Position numbers and translations under genes: made by a program | In this document: positions 11,790 to 24,625 of the stretch, piece by piece | How the letters are laid out: every line of letters begins with the position of its first letter | Numbering within the stretch: the first letter of the stretch is position 1 | From: Camelus dromedarius | Taxonomy: Eukaryota | Direction: 5' to 3' | NCBI RefSeq assembly: GCF_036321535.1 | Contig: NC_087436.1 | Coordinates: 122,824,001 to 122,888,000, forward strand | Length of the DNA: 64,000 nucleotides | Notes under the pieces: model-generated | Told to the model about the DNA's origin: nothing | Databases searched by the model: none | The model's input: only the letters and a program-made list of their open reading frames with translations

Positions 11790-14700
11790 GGGCAGAGGCC
11801 CAGGAGTGGAATTGCTGTGTCGTGTGGTAACTTCATGCCTGTTTTGAGGATGTGCCAAACTAGCTTCCAAAGCAGCTGTACCATTTCACACTCCCACTGG
11901 CAAAATAGGAGGATTCCAGTGTCTCCACATTCTCGCCAACACTTGCTATTATCCAACTTTAAAAAAAATTATATCCATCCTACTGAGCTGGCATCCCATC
12001 ATGGTTTTGATTTGCATTTCCCTAAGCATATTTCATGTGCTTGCTGGCCGCGTGTGTGTCCTGTCTGGAGAGATGTCCATTCAAACCCTTTGCCTATTTT
12101 TATTGGGTTGTCTTTTTATTATTGAGTTGAAAGAGCTCTTTATATATTCTGGATACTAAACTTTTATCAAACATATAATTTGCAATTATTTTCACCTAAA
12201 TTGTGGGTTGCCTCTTTTTCTTGCTGGTGCACAAAAGGTTTTCATTTTGATGAAATATATTTTATCCATTTTTCCTTTGGTTGTTTACATTTTTGGTGTC
12301 AAATCTAAGAAACTGTTGCCTAATCCATGGTCACAAAATTTACTCCTAAGATTTTTTTTGGAGTTTTACAGTTTTCGTGTTTACATCTATGTCCTTGATC
12401 TATTTTGACTTAAACTTTATGTATGGTGTGAGGTGGGAGCCAACTTCATTCTCTTGCCCCGTGGACGTCTGTTTCTCTCAGCAACACGTGGAGACCTTTC
12501 CTCTAGTGCGTGGTTTGGGCGCCCTTGTCAAAAACCACTTGAACATGAACGTAAAGGCTGATTTCTGAACGGTCACTAACGCGCCCGCTCTCGGCCAGGG
12601 CCGCGCCGTCCTGATGCTGCAGCTTCGCAGTGCGTCTTGAAGTCGGCAGGCATGCGGCCTCCCACTTGGTCTTCTTCTGGAAGCCACCTGGGCTCTGGGG
12701 CTCCTCACAATCCCACATGGTTTTCAGGAGCAGCCTTTCCATTTCTGGAGGGAAAAAAAAGCAGCTGGAGTTTTGATAGGAATTGTAATGAGTCTGTAGA
12801 TCAACTTGGGGAGTGTTTCCATCTTAACGGTATTAATTCTTCCGACTAACAACCATGAGGTGTCTCTCCACGTACTGGATCTTTCACTTGCTCCAACAAC
12901 GCTCTACAGCTTTCAGTGCACGAGCCTTGCACTCCTCTGCTTAAATTTACTCCTAAGTATTTCATCCCTTTTGCTGCTGTTGTGAATGGAATCACGCTCT
13001 TAACCTCATGTCCAGATTGTCCATTGCTGGTGTGTAGAAATGCAGCTGATCCTTGTGTGTTGACCTTGTATCTGTAATCTTGCTTTCTAACTTACCTTCA
13101 CTAGCGCTGGTATTTTCCACACAGCTTTCCTATGATTTCGTGCACAAGAGCATGTCGCCTGCAAGCAGAGACGGTTTTCTTTTCCTCTGTCACTGCGCCT
13201 GCCTTTCACCTCACCTTCTTGCTGGTCTCCCTGGCCAGAGCCTCCAGCACGACACTGCAGAGAAGTAACAGGAGGGGCATCCTCGTCTTGCTCCTGCTTT
13301 AGGGGGACGCTTTCAGGCTTTCAGCGTCCAGCACGACGTTAGCAATGGGTTTTTCACAGACACCCTGTGTGAGAATGTTCCCTTTGGGTCCTAGTTTGTG
13401 GAGTGCTTTTATCGTGACAACGAGTTGGATTTTGTCAAATGCTGTTTTTGTTTCTATTGAGATGATCGTGTTTGTCCTTAATTGTATTAATATGCTGTAT
13501 TACATGGATTGATTTTTATATGTTGAACCAACCTTGCATTTGTTTGAATAATCTTTTTTTTAATGCTGCTGGATGCAGTTTGCTGGTGTTTTGTTGACCA
13601 TGTCTGTATCTGCACTCATGAGGGATGTTCATCCGCAGTCTTCCTTTCCTAGATGCCTTTATCTAATTTTGGTTTTGGGGTAACACTAGCCTTGTAGAAT
13701 GAGTAGGGAGGAGTTCCCTCTTCTATTCTGGGGGAAGATTTGGAGAAGGATTGGTGTTAATTCTTCTTTGAATATTCGGTGAAATTCACCAGTGAAGCCG
13801 TGTGATCCTGGGCTTTGCTTTATAGTAATTTTTTAAACATTTCTAACTCATTCTCTTTGTTACAGGTCTGTTCAGGCTTGCTGGTTCCTCTGAGTCAGCG
13901 CTGGTAGCCTGTGTCTTTCTAGGAGTTTGTCCATTCCTTGCAGGTCACCTAATTTGTCGGCACACTGGTATTCGTGGGACTCTCTTGTAATTCTTTTTTA
14001 TTTCTGTAAGGTCATTAGTAACGTCTCCTAGTTCATTCCTGATTTTAGTAATTTGAGTCTCTTCCTTTTTTTCTTGGTCTAGCTGGTCAATTTTCTTGAT
14101 GTTTTCAAAGAACCAACTTTTGTTTTCATTGATTTTTCTCAATTTTTAAAATTCTCTATTTCATGCATTTCTGCTCTGATATTTATTATTTCCTTCTGTT
14201 TGGTTTGGGTTTGGTTTTCTCTCCTTTTTCTAGTTTCTTTCGGTGGTCAACTAGGTTACGAATTTGAGATCTTTCTTATTTCCTTCGAAGCACTGCTGTG
14301 CTTCATCCTGTAAGTTTCTCTGCTTCATTCTGTAAGTTTCTGTTTTCATTTTCATTTACCTCAAAGTATTCTCTAACTTCTAGTGTCATTTTTTTTGATC
14401 CATTGGTTACTAAGGGGTATCATGTTTAATTTCAATGTATTTTTTGATTTCCCAAACTTCTTCCTGTAATTGGTTTTTTAACTTCATTCCACTGTGGTGA
14501 GAGAACATACTTTGTGTGATTTCAGTCATTTCAGGTTTACTGAGACACTACATCACACGCTCTGTTCTGGAGAAGCCCCACGTGCACTGGGAGTGCCGTC
14601 GTTAGGGGGAGAGTTCTGTCTGCTGGGTCCAGCTGGGTTACAGTGTTGCTCAAGTCTTCTGTTTCCCTTTGATCTGCTGTCTTGTTGCTTTATCCGTTCT

Positions 14701-15253
14701 TGAAAGCAGGCTACTGAAAGTAGAGAGTCTTTTCCAACATCCAGTCATTACTGTTGAATTGCCCATCTCAGCCCTGACTTCTGTCTGTGCTTCATGCGTT
14801 GGGGGAGCCCTGTTTTAGGTGCATATGTGTCTGCTACGGTTATGTCTCCCCAGTGGGAGCAGCCTTCTATCACAGTAAAATGTCCTTCTTTGTCTCTAGT
14901 AACAGCATTTGTCCTCAAGCCAGCTTTGCCTCGTACTGGTGCAGTCACTCCAGCTCTCTTTTGTTTACTCTCTGCATCCTTTGATTTCAACCTATTTGTG
15001 TCTTTAAATGTAACGTCTGCCTTTTGCAGACGGCACATAGTAAGGTCATGTTTTATGTTTGTCCACTGTGCCATTCACTGTCTTTTAATTGGAGCGTTTG
15101 TTATTTAATTTACATAGAATCTTTAACTTGTAGGTGGGATTTAAATCTGCTGTCTGCTGTGTCTTCCGTACCTGCGGCAACCTTCTGTTCTCTGTTCTTC
15201 CGTACTGCCTCCCTTTGTGTTAAACAGATATCTTCTAGTGTCTCATTTTAATT
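11790..15253 (-). mobile_element. Old LINE-1 (L1M-type) ORF2 region, antisense and degraded
   Basis: Minus-strand ORF fragments resemble L1 ORF2, e.g. 'KCWRECGDTGILLFCQWECEMVQLLWK', 'KINENKSWFFENIKKID' and endonuclease-like 'CRLQKADVTFKDTNRLK...VTRDKEGHFTVIEG'. Confidence 0.9.
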
Positions 15254-15259
15254 CACTTG

Positions 15260-16162
15260 TTTTTTTTTTTTAATTTTTACTTTTTTGTATACATGTATTT
15301 GATAGAAGTATAGTCAGTTTAGAATGTGTCAGTCTCTGGTGGACAGCACAGTATTTCGGTCAAATAGGAACACAAATATATCTGTTTGCATATTCATTTC
15401 CCCATAAGTTACTAAAAGATATTGGATAGAGCTCCCTGTGCTGTACAGTGTAAACTTGTTGTTTATCTATTTTATAAATAGTAGTTAGTATCTACAAATC
15501 TCAAACTCCCAGTTTATCCCTTTCCACCCTCTTCTCCTCTGGTAACCCTATGTCTGTGAGTCTGTTTCTGTTTTTGTAAGTAAGTTCTTTCGTCTTTTTT
15601 TTTTTTTTTTTGAGATTCCACATATAAGTGATATCATATGGTATTTTTCTTTCTCTTTCTGGCTTACTTCACTTAGAATGACATTCTCCAGGAACATCCA
15701 TGTTGCTGCAAATGGCATTATTTTAGTCTTTTTTATGGCCGAGTAGTATTCCATTGTACAAACATACCACATCTTCTTTATCCAGTCATCTGTCAGTGGA
15801 CATTTAGTTTGCTTCCATGTCTTAGCTATTGTAAATAGTGCTGCTGTGAACATCGGGGTGCAGGTGTCTTTTTGAATTAAGGTTCCCTCTGGATATATGC
15901 CCAGAAGTGGGATTGCTGGATCATATGGTAAGTCTATTTTTAGTTTTCTGAGGAATCTCCATACTGTTTTCCACAGTAGCTGCACCAAACTGCATTCCCA
16001 CCAGCAGTGTAGGAAGGTTCCCTTTTCTCCACAGCCTCTCCAGCATTTGTCATTTGTGGGCTTTTGATAATGGCCATTCTGACCGGTGTGAGGTGACACC
16101 TCACTGTAGCTTTGATTTGCATTTCTCTGATAATTAGCGATATTGAGCGTTTTTTCATGCGC
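15260..16162 (-). mobile_element. Younger 5'-truncated LINE-1 (ORF2 C-terminus, 3' UTR, poly(A)) nested in the older L1
   Basis: ORF 15548..16165 contains the ORF2 CCHC knuckle '[18 protein letters not shown]' and '[12 protein letters not shown]'. Poly(T) at 15260-15271. Candidate TSD cacttgttt at 15254-15262 and 16163-16171. Confidence 0.95.
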
Positions 16163-16884
16163 CACTTGTTTCTTTTACTATGTTTTTTGAATTATTTTCT
16201 CAGCAGTTTCGCTGTGATTTATTGCTGTTGCTGCTTATTGTTATTTGTTTAGTGACATTTCTAAACTAATTCTGTAAAACCTGTCTTCTCTGCCATGTGT
16301 GGTCACTAAGTCTGTTTCATCAGCTTAGTGGTCAGGTACTGCCCAGACAGAGATTTCCTTAATGCCTGGAACCAGTAAGTCTCCCGGTCTTTTTGATGGG
16401 GCTCTGTGGGTGTTGGGCTACACTTTTCCCCTCAGCCAGGCAGTTGACAGCCCTCAGGTTTTCATTCTAATCTTCCTGGTTAGTTTCCTGTTTGTCCCAA
16501 CTGTTATCTATAACCTCAGGCAACCACAAAGTTCATTTTTTGCCTGTAATCATTTTCCTTTCTTTCTTTCTTTGGTCATCATTTTCAACAATCACCCTTG
16601 AGGAAAAGGCTTTTCATACTGGGTGAGCTTGGAACCAAGTCAGATGCAGACAGCCTTGCAAGGGGGATCTTCCAGGACACCACCAGACGGCTCAGATGAT
16701 GACAGGTTTGTGGGAAAGCTGCTTTGACAGTGCTCCAGCTCTGGTCTGCTCTGTCCGGTGGCGGGGGGCAGGGGGAGGGTGGGCGATCAGTGTTCACCGT
16801 GGATGTGAGTTGTTATTTTCAAGGCTATTACAGAGCTGGAGAGCGGAGGATGGGCCCAGGGCAAACTGAAATACATCCCAGCTT

Positions 16885-17500
16885 GGACAGGACGTGAAGA
16901 AACTGGAGCCTTCGTGCACCGCCGGTGGGAACATACAATGGGGCAGTCACTGTAGACGACAGTGGAGGGTCCTCAAAAAATTAAACAGAGAATTAATTAC
17001 CACAGGGTCCAGCAATTCCACTTCTGGGTATACAGCCCACAGAACTGAAAGCAGAGTCTTGAAGAGATACTTCACAACCATGTTCACAGCACTGAGACGA
17101 GGATGCCACCCGAGTGTCCACTGATGAGTGAATGAGCAAAACGTGGTCTCTACACAGTAGAATATGTCTCAGCCTTAAAAAGGAAGGACATTCTGACTCC
17201 TACTAAAATCAGATGAACCCGAGGACACTATGCAGAGTGGAATAAGCCAGCCACAAAAGGACAAATGCTGTGTGATTCCACTTACACAAGGTCCCTAGAG
17301 GAGTCAGTCTTGCAGACAGAAAGCAGAATGGCGGCTGGCGGGGCTGGTGGGGAGGAGGGAGTTACTGTTCAGCAGGAACAGAGTTTCAGTTTTGTAGGAT
17401 GAATTCAGGGGACGGGTGGTGGCGACGGCCGCACAGTGGTGTGAAAGTACTCATGCCCCTGAGCTGCGCACTTAGAGGGTTAAGATGCTAAAAACCAAAA
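16885..17500 (+). mobile_element. L1 3'-end fragment (L1MA/L1MB-like), sense
   Basis: 'gaaactggagccttcgtgcaccgccggtgggaa', 'ccagcaattccacttctgggtata', 'aaggacaaatgctgtgtgattccacttac'. Ends in an A-rich tail near 17490. Confidence 0.85.
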
Positions 17501-20500
17501 ACCTCATATCTTGTTCTTATCAAGATTCAGCTAATTTTCTTGATTGAAAAACAAGAAACAAAAAACAACTCTAAAGCCTGCTGCAAGCCTTCGGCTAATT
17601 TCCAGGGTGCTGAAAAAGCTTGTTCTGACCATTTGGCCTGTTGTCTCCCTGCTTTTACGGATGAGTGTTTTCAGAGGTCCATCCTCTGCCTTTTTTGCTG
17701 AGGTCCTGGCGTCTGAACTGGGATGAAGACACATGGCAAATTCTCCTGCACAGACAGGCCTGTCTTTATGGGAGGTAGGCGGCTGCAAAGGAGGGAAAAT
17801 CCGTGTTTACAGCCACATAGAAGCAGCTCTCTTCCCAGACCTGTGGTCAGCAGCTGCGGCCGGCCTCCTCGGGACAGTGGGAAAGTGGGGCAGAAGGCGT
17901 TACTGTGAGACTTGGTGAGTGTCTTGGCTTCTCTGGCTCTCCTGCAAGCCAGGCTTGATTGCAGGAGTGACCCTTACAGAGGGCAAGCCAGCTTGCCAGG
18001 CCCCCAAAGGGTGCTGTTGAGGGGGGGCGCTCCGCTCACCCAGCCCTGCTTCTAGCGTCTCCCTGGACTGCAGAGGCCACAGAGCTGAGCCTGGGACCTG
18101 GGTGCCTGACCGGATTCAGCCTCCACCAACCAGAAGAGCTCGGGGAAACCTGAACCCAGAATGGAGTGGAGCGGGGCTGGGGGTTTCCAGGCAGGTGGGG
18201 CCTCAGGAGTTGGTGGGCAGCGTCCGCCTGCGGCTCTGGCCTGGAAGTCCTTCTTGGAACTCAACCGCCTCAAAAGTCTGTATGCTGCCTGACTCGCAGG
18301 CAGACCCCTGTCTGCTTAGGCAGCGGACTTCTCTGCAGGAGGTGCTGTGACTGTAACCAGGCCGGCTGACCAGGTGCCCCTGGGGCAGGGTGGGAGGGGT
18401 CCTCTCTGAGACCCTCGATGGGTGGAGCTGGGTGCGCACAGGGAGGAACTGCTGAGACAGGATGGGGGGGCGGGACCAGTGGGCCCCCCGGACTGTTAGG
18501 ACTGGAGGCCTGTGTGTGCTGTCTGCGGCGTCCGGTGGGGACGGGGCCCTCTGTAAACGTCTGGTAACAAACCAGCAAACAAAGGGGGGCCTGTTGACTG
18601 GGGAGACCCTGGGGAGCCAGACTCCCGCGGAGGCAGCGTGTCCCCGTGGGGCCCCAGCGAGGCGGCCCCGCAGGCCTGTCCACGCCCGGGGACAGCCCTG
18701 AAAGAGCCCTTGTCACACAGGCCTGGAGGCCCCCGGACCGGAGGCAGCGCGAAAGGTCCCGCTGGAGCCCAGCGCCCCTCAGCACCTGGGTTCTGGGTGG
18801 CGCCACAGCGCCACAGTTGCCTGTCCTCGGCAACTCCCACATGGACCCTGCAGACTCTACACCCCACTGAGGGCCGGCGTGAGCAGCACAGACCACCCCT
18901 CCCCCGACTGCCCCGTTGGGACAAAGTTGCACAACTGCCCAAAGTCCACCGTCAGCAATGCTGGCTCGTAAAGGACGCCTGTAAAACTACAAACACCCTG
19001 GAGGATGGGCCTGGCAAGCGCTCCCTGGTGCTGTAGGCAAACCCAAGCTACACAGCCCAAGGGCCCGGGGTGGGGAGGCCCTGCAGCCACCAGTCATGGG
19101 GGGCGAGCGGGTACGGAGAGCCGGGGAGGTGGATGTAGACAGGACCCTGGAGCCAGAGGGGAGGTGGCTGCCGGCAGGGAGTGGGGGTCTGCAGAGGCCA
19201 CAGCCCTGGCCTCATTCTCCTGAAACCTCGAGGGGACTGACCATGGAGTGAGTGACAGGACAGGACCCTGACCCGAGTGTCAGCACATCACCAGGCACTT
19301 GCTAATGACAGGACTCCGGCTACAGGATGCGCCCAGTCCCCCAGCCTCCCCAGTCTAGGGAGTAGGGCTGTGTCTACTGGGTTTCTCCTGTGTTCCCAGT
19401 GCTGAGACCCAGCAGTGCTCGACACGTGTTCACAAATGGATGGATTCGAGGGGAGGAGGAGGGAGGGCCCACCTGTGTGCACAGAGGAACCTTCTGTTTG
19501 TAGGGTTGCAAATGCTTTCCAAGTGCTACCTCACTTGATCCTTAGTGGGAGAGAGAATGTAGCATCCTGGTTTGCAGAAGAGTCTGAGGGTCAGAATGGT
19601 TTTCAGTGAGTCCAGGACTGTCAGTGTAAGCAGGGTCTCTCCCACCTGAGATCCCGCCTGGGCCAAGGGGCCACAGGTTGCCTGTTCCCAGGCCTCCCTC
19701 CGTGCACCTCTCTGAGCATGGTAAAGAACTGGCCCCCTCCCGTGTCCCGCTGAGTGAGTCACAAGAACCCCTCAGGCATGCTCCTGGGGCACACTCCACT
19801 GCCAAAGGAAATGCCTCGCTGCCCCCCCCCTCTGGCCCCTCCCTGCAAACAGAGGGTCCCAGCCTTCAGTCCCCACTGGCCACACGTCGGGTGGAGCCCT
19901 GGGGGCAGAGCCTATCCTCGGGGTGCAGGGGGCTGGGATGGAGCCCCCTGGAAAACAGTGCGGACCCTGAGGCCACCCCTCTACCCCTGCCGGCCAGCGG
20001 GCGAGGTATGGCTTGTGCCGGAGTCAGTGCAGTGTTTCCTTACTTCGGGGACCGAACAGTCCCGGGCCCACCCCACTTCCTCTCCTCAAACCCAAACCAG
20101 CCACTCCTCCAAGGACAGGCTTGCCCTTTCTGCCCACCTGCCCTCACGTCTGACAAGGCTCCCCCTCCAGCTACATCTGTGAAAGGCTGGCTTTCCGCTC
20201 AGATACCAACCAACACTGCACCTCCTTGGCCTGAGCGCCCGAGCTGGCCTCACAGGCCAGGGGCTTCTGGGAAGCCACACAAAGGTATCTGCACACATCA
20301 CCTTTCACAAAGGTTTCCTTTTGAAAAATACATCTGTTTTTCAGAAGACACTGCAGTTTGTGTTAACGTGTAACAGGTTTCTGTTTGCTACCTTTAAGTA
20401 AGGCGAGTACCCTGGGGCTTCCGGCAGGCCTCGATCGTGGTGAGAATCGACAGGTAAAACACACACACAGACGCACTTTGGGTTCTCAGCGACTGTTCAG

Positions 20501-21485
20501 AGTGTAAAGGGTCCCGAGGCCAAATGTTCGAGGGCCGCTGAGCCGGGATCTGTCCTGAGCCTTAGAACCTGGGGTCCGAACGTGGCGTTCGCAGCTGCTC
20601 CCCTGCGGCTGTGCCACTTACTTGAAATACAGGTTAGATCATTTGTTTTTGTTTGCCTTCTATTTTTGTTGATTCTATTTATTTTCTCTTTCTTTTTTTG
20701 AATACGTAAACCGTTAACGCGGCTTCAAAAGCGAGAACGAGACGCTCCCTTCCGAGCGTTGCCGCTCCCAGGGCAGCTCTTACACGTGAGACCGGCCCCT
20801 GTCCTTGCCTCCCCGGCTCCCGGGCTGTGACAAGGGTTCCGGAAACATTCTCCTGACAGTGAGCAGGAGTAACTTCAGAATCTGCTGGAGCGCCTCCCCA
20901 GGGAGGGAAGTCGGGGGCCCGGGCCGCCCCTCAGCCCTTCGGGGAGGGCCGCCGCCTGGCTCTGATTTCCTTTGGAGGGACAGCGTCCAGATGCCCTGGC
21001 CAGCAGTGTGGGTGGCACGGCGGCTCTGTGCATGGCAAGGAGGCAGCCGTGTTTGCTGAACCCTGAGCCCCAAAGCCAGGGGTGCCTGAGGCCAGAGGCC
21101 CCACTCCCTAGCACTGGACTGACGCCAGGCCCAGCCCTGCCCGGGGCGAGGCACTCGCTTGCTGCCCAGGGCTGCGGGCAGTGGCACCACCTCCAGGGAG
21201 ACACTGGGTAGGGCCTGGTGGGAGGAGAGGACTGGGAGGGAGAGGAGAAGGGGTGGGCGGGAGGGAAAGACAAAGGAAGGGGTGCGGCAAGCGGCGGCAG
21301 CGCCCCAGGGAGGAGTGACCTCAGTGCTGGAGCTGCATCTGCTGAGCGTCAGAGCAGGGCTGGCAGCCAGGCGAGCTCCGGGCCCTGAGGTCCCTTCTCT
21401 CCTCTCCCCCTCATCCCAGCTGCTGCTCGCTGGTGGCCCTGGTGGAGGACCTGGGACCTCATTGGTGGCCGGGGACTGTCCGCGG

Positions 21486-21553
21486 CATAAATTGGAGCTC
21501 TGGGCTCTGCTGGGACCTTCGGCTGCCCAGGGCCCTCTGGTCACTCCAGCTGG
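21486..21553 (+). promoter_or_regulatory. SPON2: Probable SPON2 TATA-like box (CATAAAT) and short non-coding exon 1
   Basis: CATAAAT at 21486-21492 is followed about 60 nt later by the consensus donor TGG|GTGAGT (intron from 21554). The coding exon's acceptor lies only 3 nt before the ATG, so an upstream non-coding exon is needed. Confidence 0.6.
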
Positions 21554-21966
21554 GTGAGTACTGCGTGTGCCGTCCCCACCCTAGACGCCCCGGCCTTCTG
21601 GCGCCTTCCCCTCCCCCTGCCCAGAGCCCCGCAGCACCCCAAGAGGGAGGCCCAAGTGTGCCCTCGAGTCCGGGGCACGCCATCCTCGTTTGCCAGGGTT
21701 CCCTCAACCGCAGTGCCAGAGGCATGCACTCAGGACAGCCGCAGGGCGCTGAGCCGGCTGTAAGCTCCTGGTGCCAGGCGTCCGTAACCTGCCAGGCACC
21801 TGGGTTCCTGTAATCCGACCCGGCGTGGCTTTCCAGCCACCCGGTCAGCCCAGCCCAGGCCAGGGGGGGACACGGATGGATGTGCCCAGCCGTCCTCAGA
21901 GGCCCATACCCACGGGTCCGTGCTGCAGGGCGTCTGGGACCTCCCTCCCTCCTCTCCTCCTAGTTG

Positions 21967-22189
21967 ATGGAAACCCCGAGTGCGGCTGTCACCAGGGGCA
22001 GGGTCCTCTGGGCCCTCCTCCTGGCCACGCTTGGCTCCTCAGCTGGACAGCCACTTGGGGGAGAGTCCATGTGCACCGCCCAGGCCCTGGCCAGGTACAG
22101 CATCACCTTCACGGGCAAGTGGAGCCAGGCGTCCTTCCCCAAGCAGTACCCCCTGTTCCGCCCACCCGCACAGTGGTCGTCCCTGCTAG
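21967..22189 (+). CDS. SPON2: Spondin-2 (mindin) coding exon 1: signal peptide and start of the Spondin_N domain
   Basis: Acceptor cctag|TTG ATG. Translation [74 protein letters not shown](G). Donor G|gtgagt. 223 coding nt. Confidence 0.97.
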
Positions 22190-22556
22190 GTGAGTGCAGC
22201 CCCGAATGTCCAGCAGTGACTCCCCCACCTGGGAGGGGACAGTCACCCAACGGTTGCACTGCACTTCACAGTTTGTAGGGCACTTTCATCCAATTCACTT
22301 CAGTGCAGGAAATGTTGCGAAGTGCCGACTGTGTGCTGGCAGCCACATTCTGGACTTTGAGGATGTGGCGGGGGTAGGGTGGCCAGGGTCACAGGCAGGG
22401 CCAGACACTGGTCACACCAGCGAGGTGCCGGGCAGCGCGAGGCAGCCAGCAGGACATCTCCTCTGCACATGGCGGGTGGACTGCAGTCTGGCCATGCTGG
22501 GGGAGGCAGGACGGGCCCACTGGGCAGGCTGCTCATGAGGCGGGTGGCGCCCACAG

Positions 22557-22780
22557 GGGCAGCGCACAGCTCCGACTACAGCATGTGGAGGAAGGACCAG
22601 TATGTCAGCACCGGGCTGCGGGACTTCGCAGAGCGGGGCGAGGCCTGGGCCCTGATGAGGGAGATCGAGGCGGCCGGGGAGAAGCTGCAGAGCGTGCACG
22701 CGGTGTTCTCAGCCCCTGCCGTGCCCAGTGGCACCGGGCAGACCTCCACGGAGCTCGAAGTCCACTCCAGGCACTCGCTC
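22557..22780 (+). CDS. SPON2: Spondin-2 coding exon 2
   Basis: cacag|[39 protein letters not shown]...HSRHSL. Donor gtgagt. 224 nt, phase consistent. Confidence 0.97.
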
Positions 22781-22850
22781 GTGAGTGGGGCGGCCACAGG
22801 AGGGAGGGTGTGGGGTGCGGTGACCCCTGGCTGAGCACCCGGCTCCCCAG

Positions 22851-23042
22851 GTGTCCTTCGTGGTCCGCATCATCCCCAGCCCCGACTGGTTTGTGGGCGT
22901 CGACAGCCTGGACCTGTGTGACGGTGACCGCTGGCGGGAGCAGGTGGCTGTGGACCTCTACCCCTATGATGCTGGGACAGACAGCGGCTTCACCTTCTCG
23001 TCCCCCAACTTCGCAACCATCCCACAGGACACGGTGACCGAG
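22851..23042 (+). CDS. SPON2: Spondin-2 coding exon 3
   Basis: cccag|GTG. VSFVVRIIPSPDWFVGVDSLDLCDGDRW...YPYDAGTDSGFTFSSPNFATIPQDTVTE. Donor gtgagg. 192 nt. Confidence 0.97.
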
Positions 23043-23341
23043 GTGAGGGCCAGCGGTCCCCTCAGGGAGGCGGCTCTCTGGGTGCCTGGCTCTGCCCCTC
23101 CTTTAGAAGATACCCCTGTTGGTCGCGTCCCAATGGACAAGCAGCTGCATCGCAGGGAGGGGGCGGAGGCCACGGGCCACGGAGGAGAGGTCGGGGCCGT
23201 GCTGCGCGGCGCCAGAGGGGCCGCTCGGGGTCTGCTCTCCGCACTGCCCACTGGACCCCCAGCTCCAGCTCGCGACTGGGTGACTTGCACACGTAGGCGC
23301 TCCTGTTCGCCAGCCCTCGCTGACACCCTCCCCTCCCCCAG

Positions 23342-23516
23342 ATAACAGCCTCCTCCCCCAGCCACCCTGCAAACTCCTTCTACTACCCGCGGCTGAAGGC
23401 CCTGCCTCCCATGGCCAGAGTGACCCTGATGCGGCTCCGGCAGGGCCCCAGGGGCTTCGCCCCGCCTGCCCCGGACCTGGTGGGCAGGGGCAATGAGATT
23501 GTGGACAGCCTGTCAG
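23342..23516 (+). CDS. SPON2: Spondin-2 coding exon 4
   Basis: cccag|[36 protein letters not shown]...NEIVDSLS. Donor G|gtaagc. 175 nt. Confidence 0.96.
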
Positions 23517-24625
23517 GTAAGCCTGGTTCCCGCCGTGGGGCCGCTCCTCCCTTCCCTGCCCTTCACGTGCAGGGTCCCGGGCACCATGCGCTTGAGCTGG
23601 CGGGCGGCCGAGACACCCAACCCTGGCCACGTGGGGACAGGAGCGCCCCTCAGTGTGTGTGTGTCACTGAGACGTCAACGCCGCTGGCCTTGAGCCCCCG
23701 CACAGCTCTTCTTGCTCAGCCTTAGAAAAACCCTCCGAAGTGAGTGTCTACCCTGCTGCCCGCGTGCACCCCCACAAGGGTGACAGTCAGGGCCCAGGCC
23801 CCGCCCCGCCTGTCCACCCTACGGGGAGCACCCTCTCGCCAGCCACACTCACAGATGAGGTCACAGAGCTGGGAAATGTCGCTCCGTTCCAGAGGCCATG
23901 CGGGGGGCGAGGAGGGGGTCAAACCAGGAGAGGCCGCGGGGGCTCAGACGCTGTCTGGGCTGCGTGAACCTGCGTCTCTGAGTGACTTCAAAACAGGATC
24001 AGAGCATCCGGTGAGGGACGTGGGTCCTGAGAGACTGGGGTTTGGTTCACGCAACCCCAAACTGAAGAGTCAGTGTTTTCGGCTGAAACCTTTCCAGCCT
24101 GCAGCCCAGAAGTGCGTCTCGGGGGCCCAGCCCGCTTCCCCAGCGTCCCAGCTGACGGGGAAGACCTGCGCCAGTGGGTCCCTTGGGGCCCTCCCCACAG
24201 GGGTCCAGTGGAGGCGGCAGCACCCACCACGGAGGCGGGTGCTGGGCAAACGTGGGTCTGTGCTCCCGCAGCGGTCAGCTGCCCAGACGGTCAGTGACTG
24301 GGACAGCAGAGCAGGTGGTCAAGGCCCTGCCAGCCTGTGCCTGCGTCAGAGCGTGGCTCACAACACGTCCTCCGCTCCCCTGGCCCCCACCGGCCCCCGA
24401 GAGCGGGCGAGAGCCGTGTCTAGCCCTCAGCGCAGAAACGCTGACCCAGGTGCCTGCGGCGCTTGTAGGAGCTGCTGTGGCGGCGCCGTCCTGCGGTCCA
24501 CCCTAAACCCCGGAGGAGCACCTAGCGCTCCCTCACCAAGTTGCAGGCGGGCTCGTGTGAGGATCGCAGGCCCCTTCTGCCCCGAAGCCCCTCCTCGCTC
24601 ACTGCCTTCCCTGTGCTCCGTCCAG

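Noticed and set aside
14299..14342. 22-bp direct repeat
   Set aside because: A simple two-copy slippage duplication inside L1; not an array and not CRISPR-like.
15548..16165. 205-aa ORF with a CCHC motif as a host gene
   Set aside because: It is the C-terminus of L1 ORF2 in a 5'-truncated insertion.
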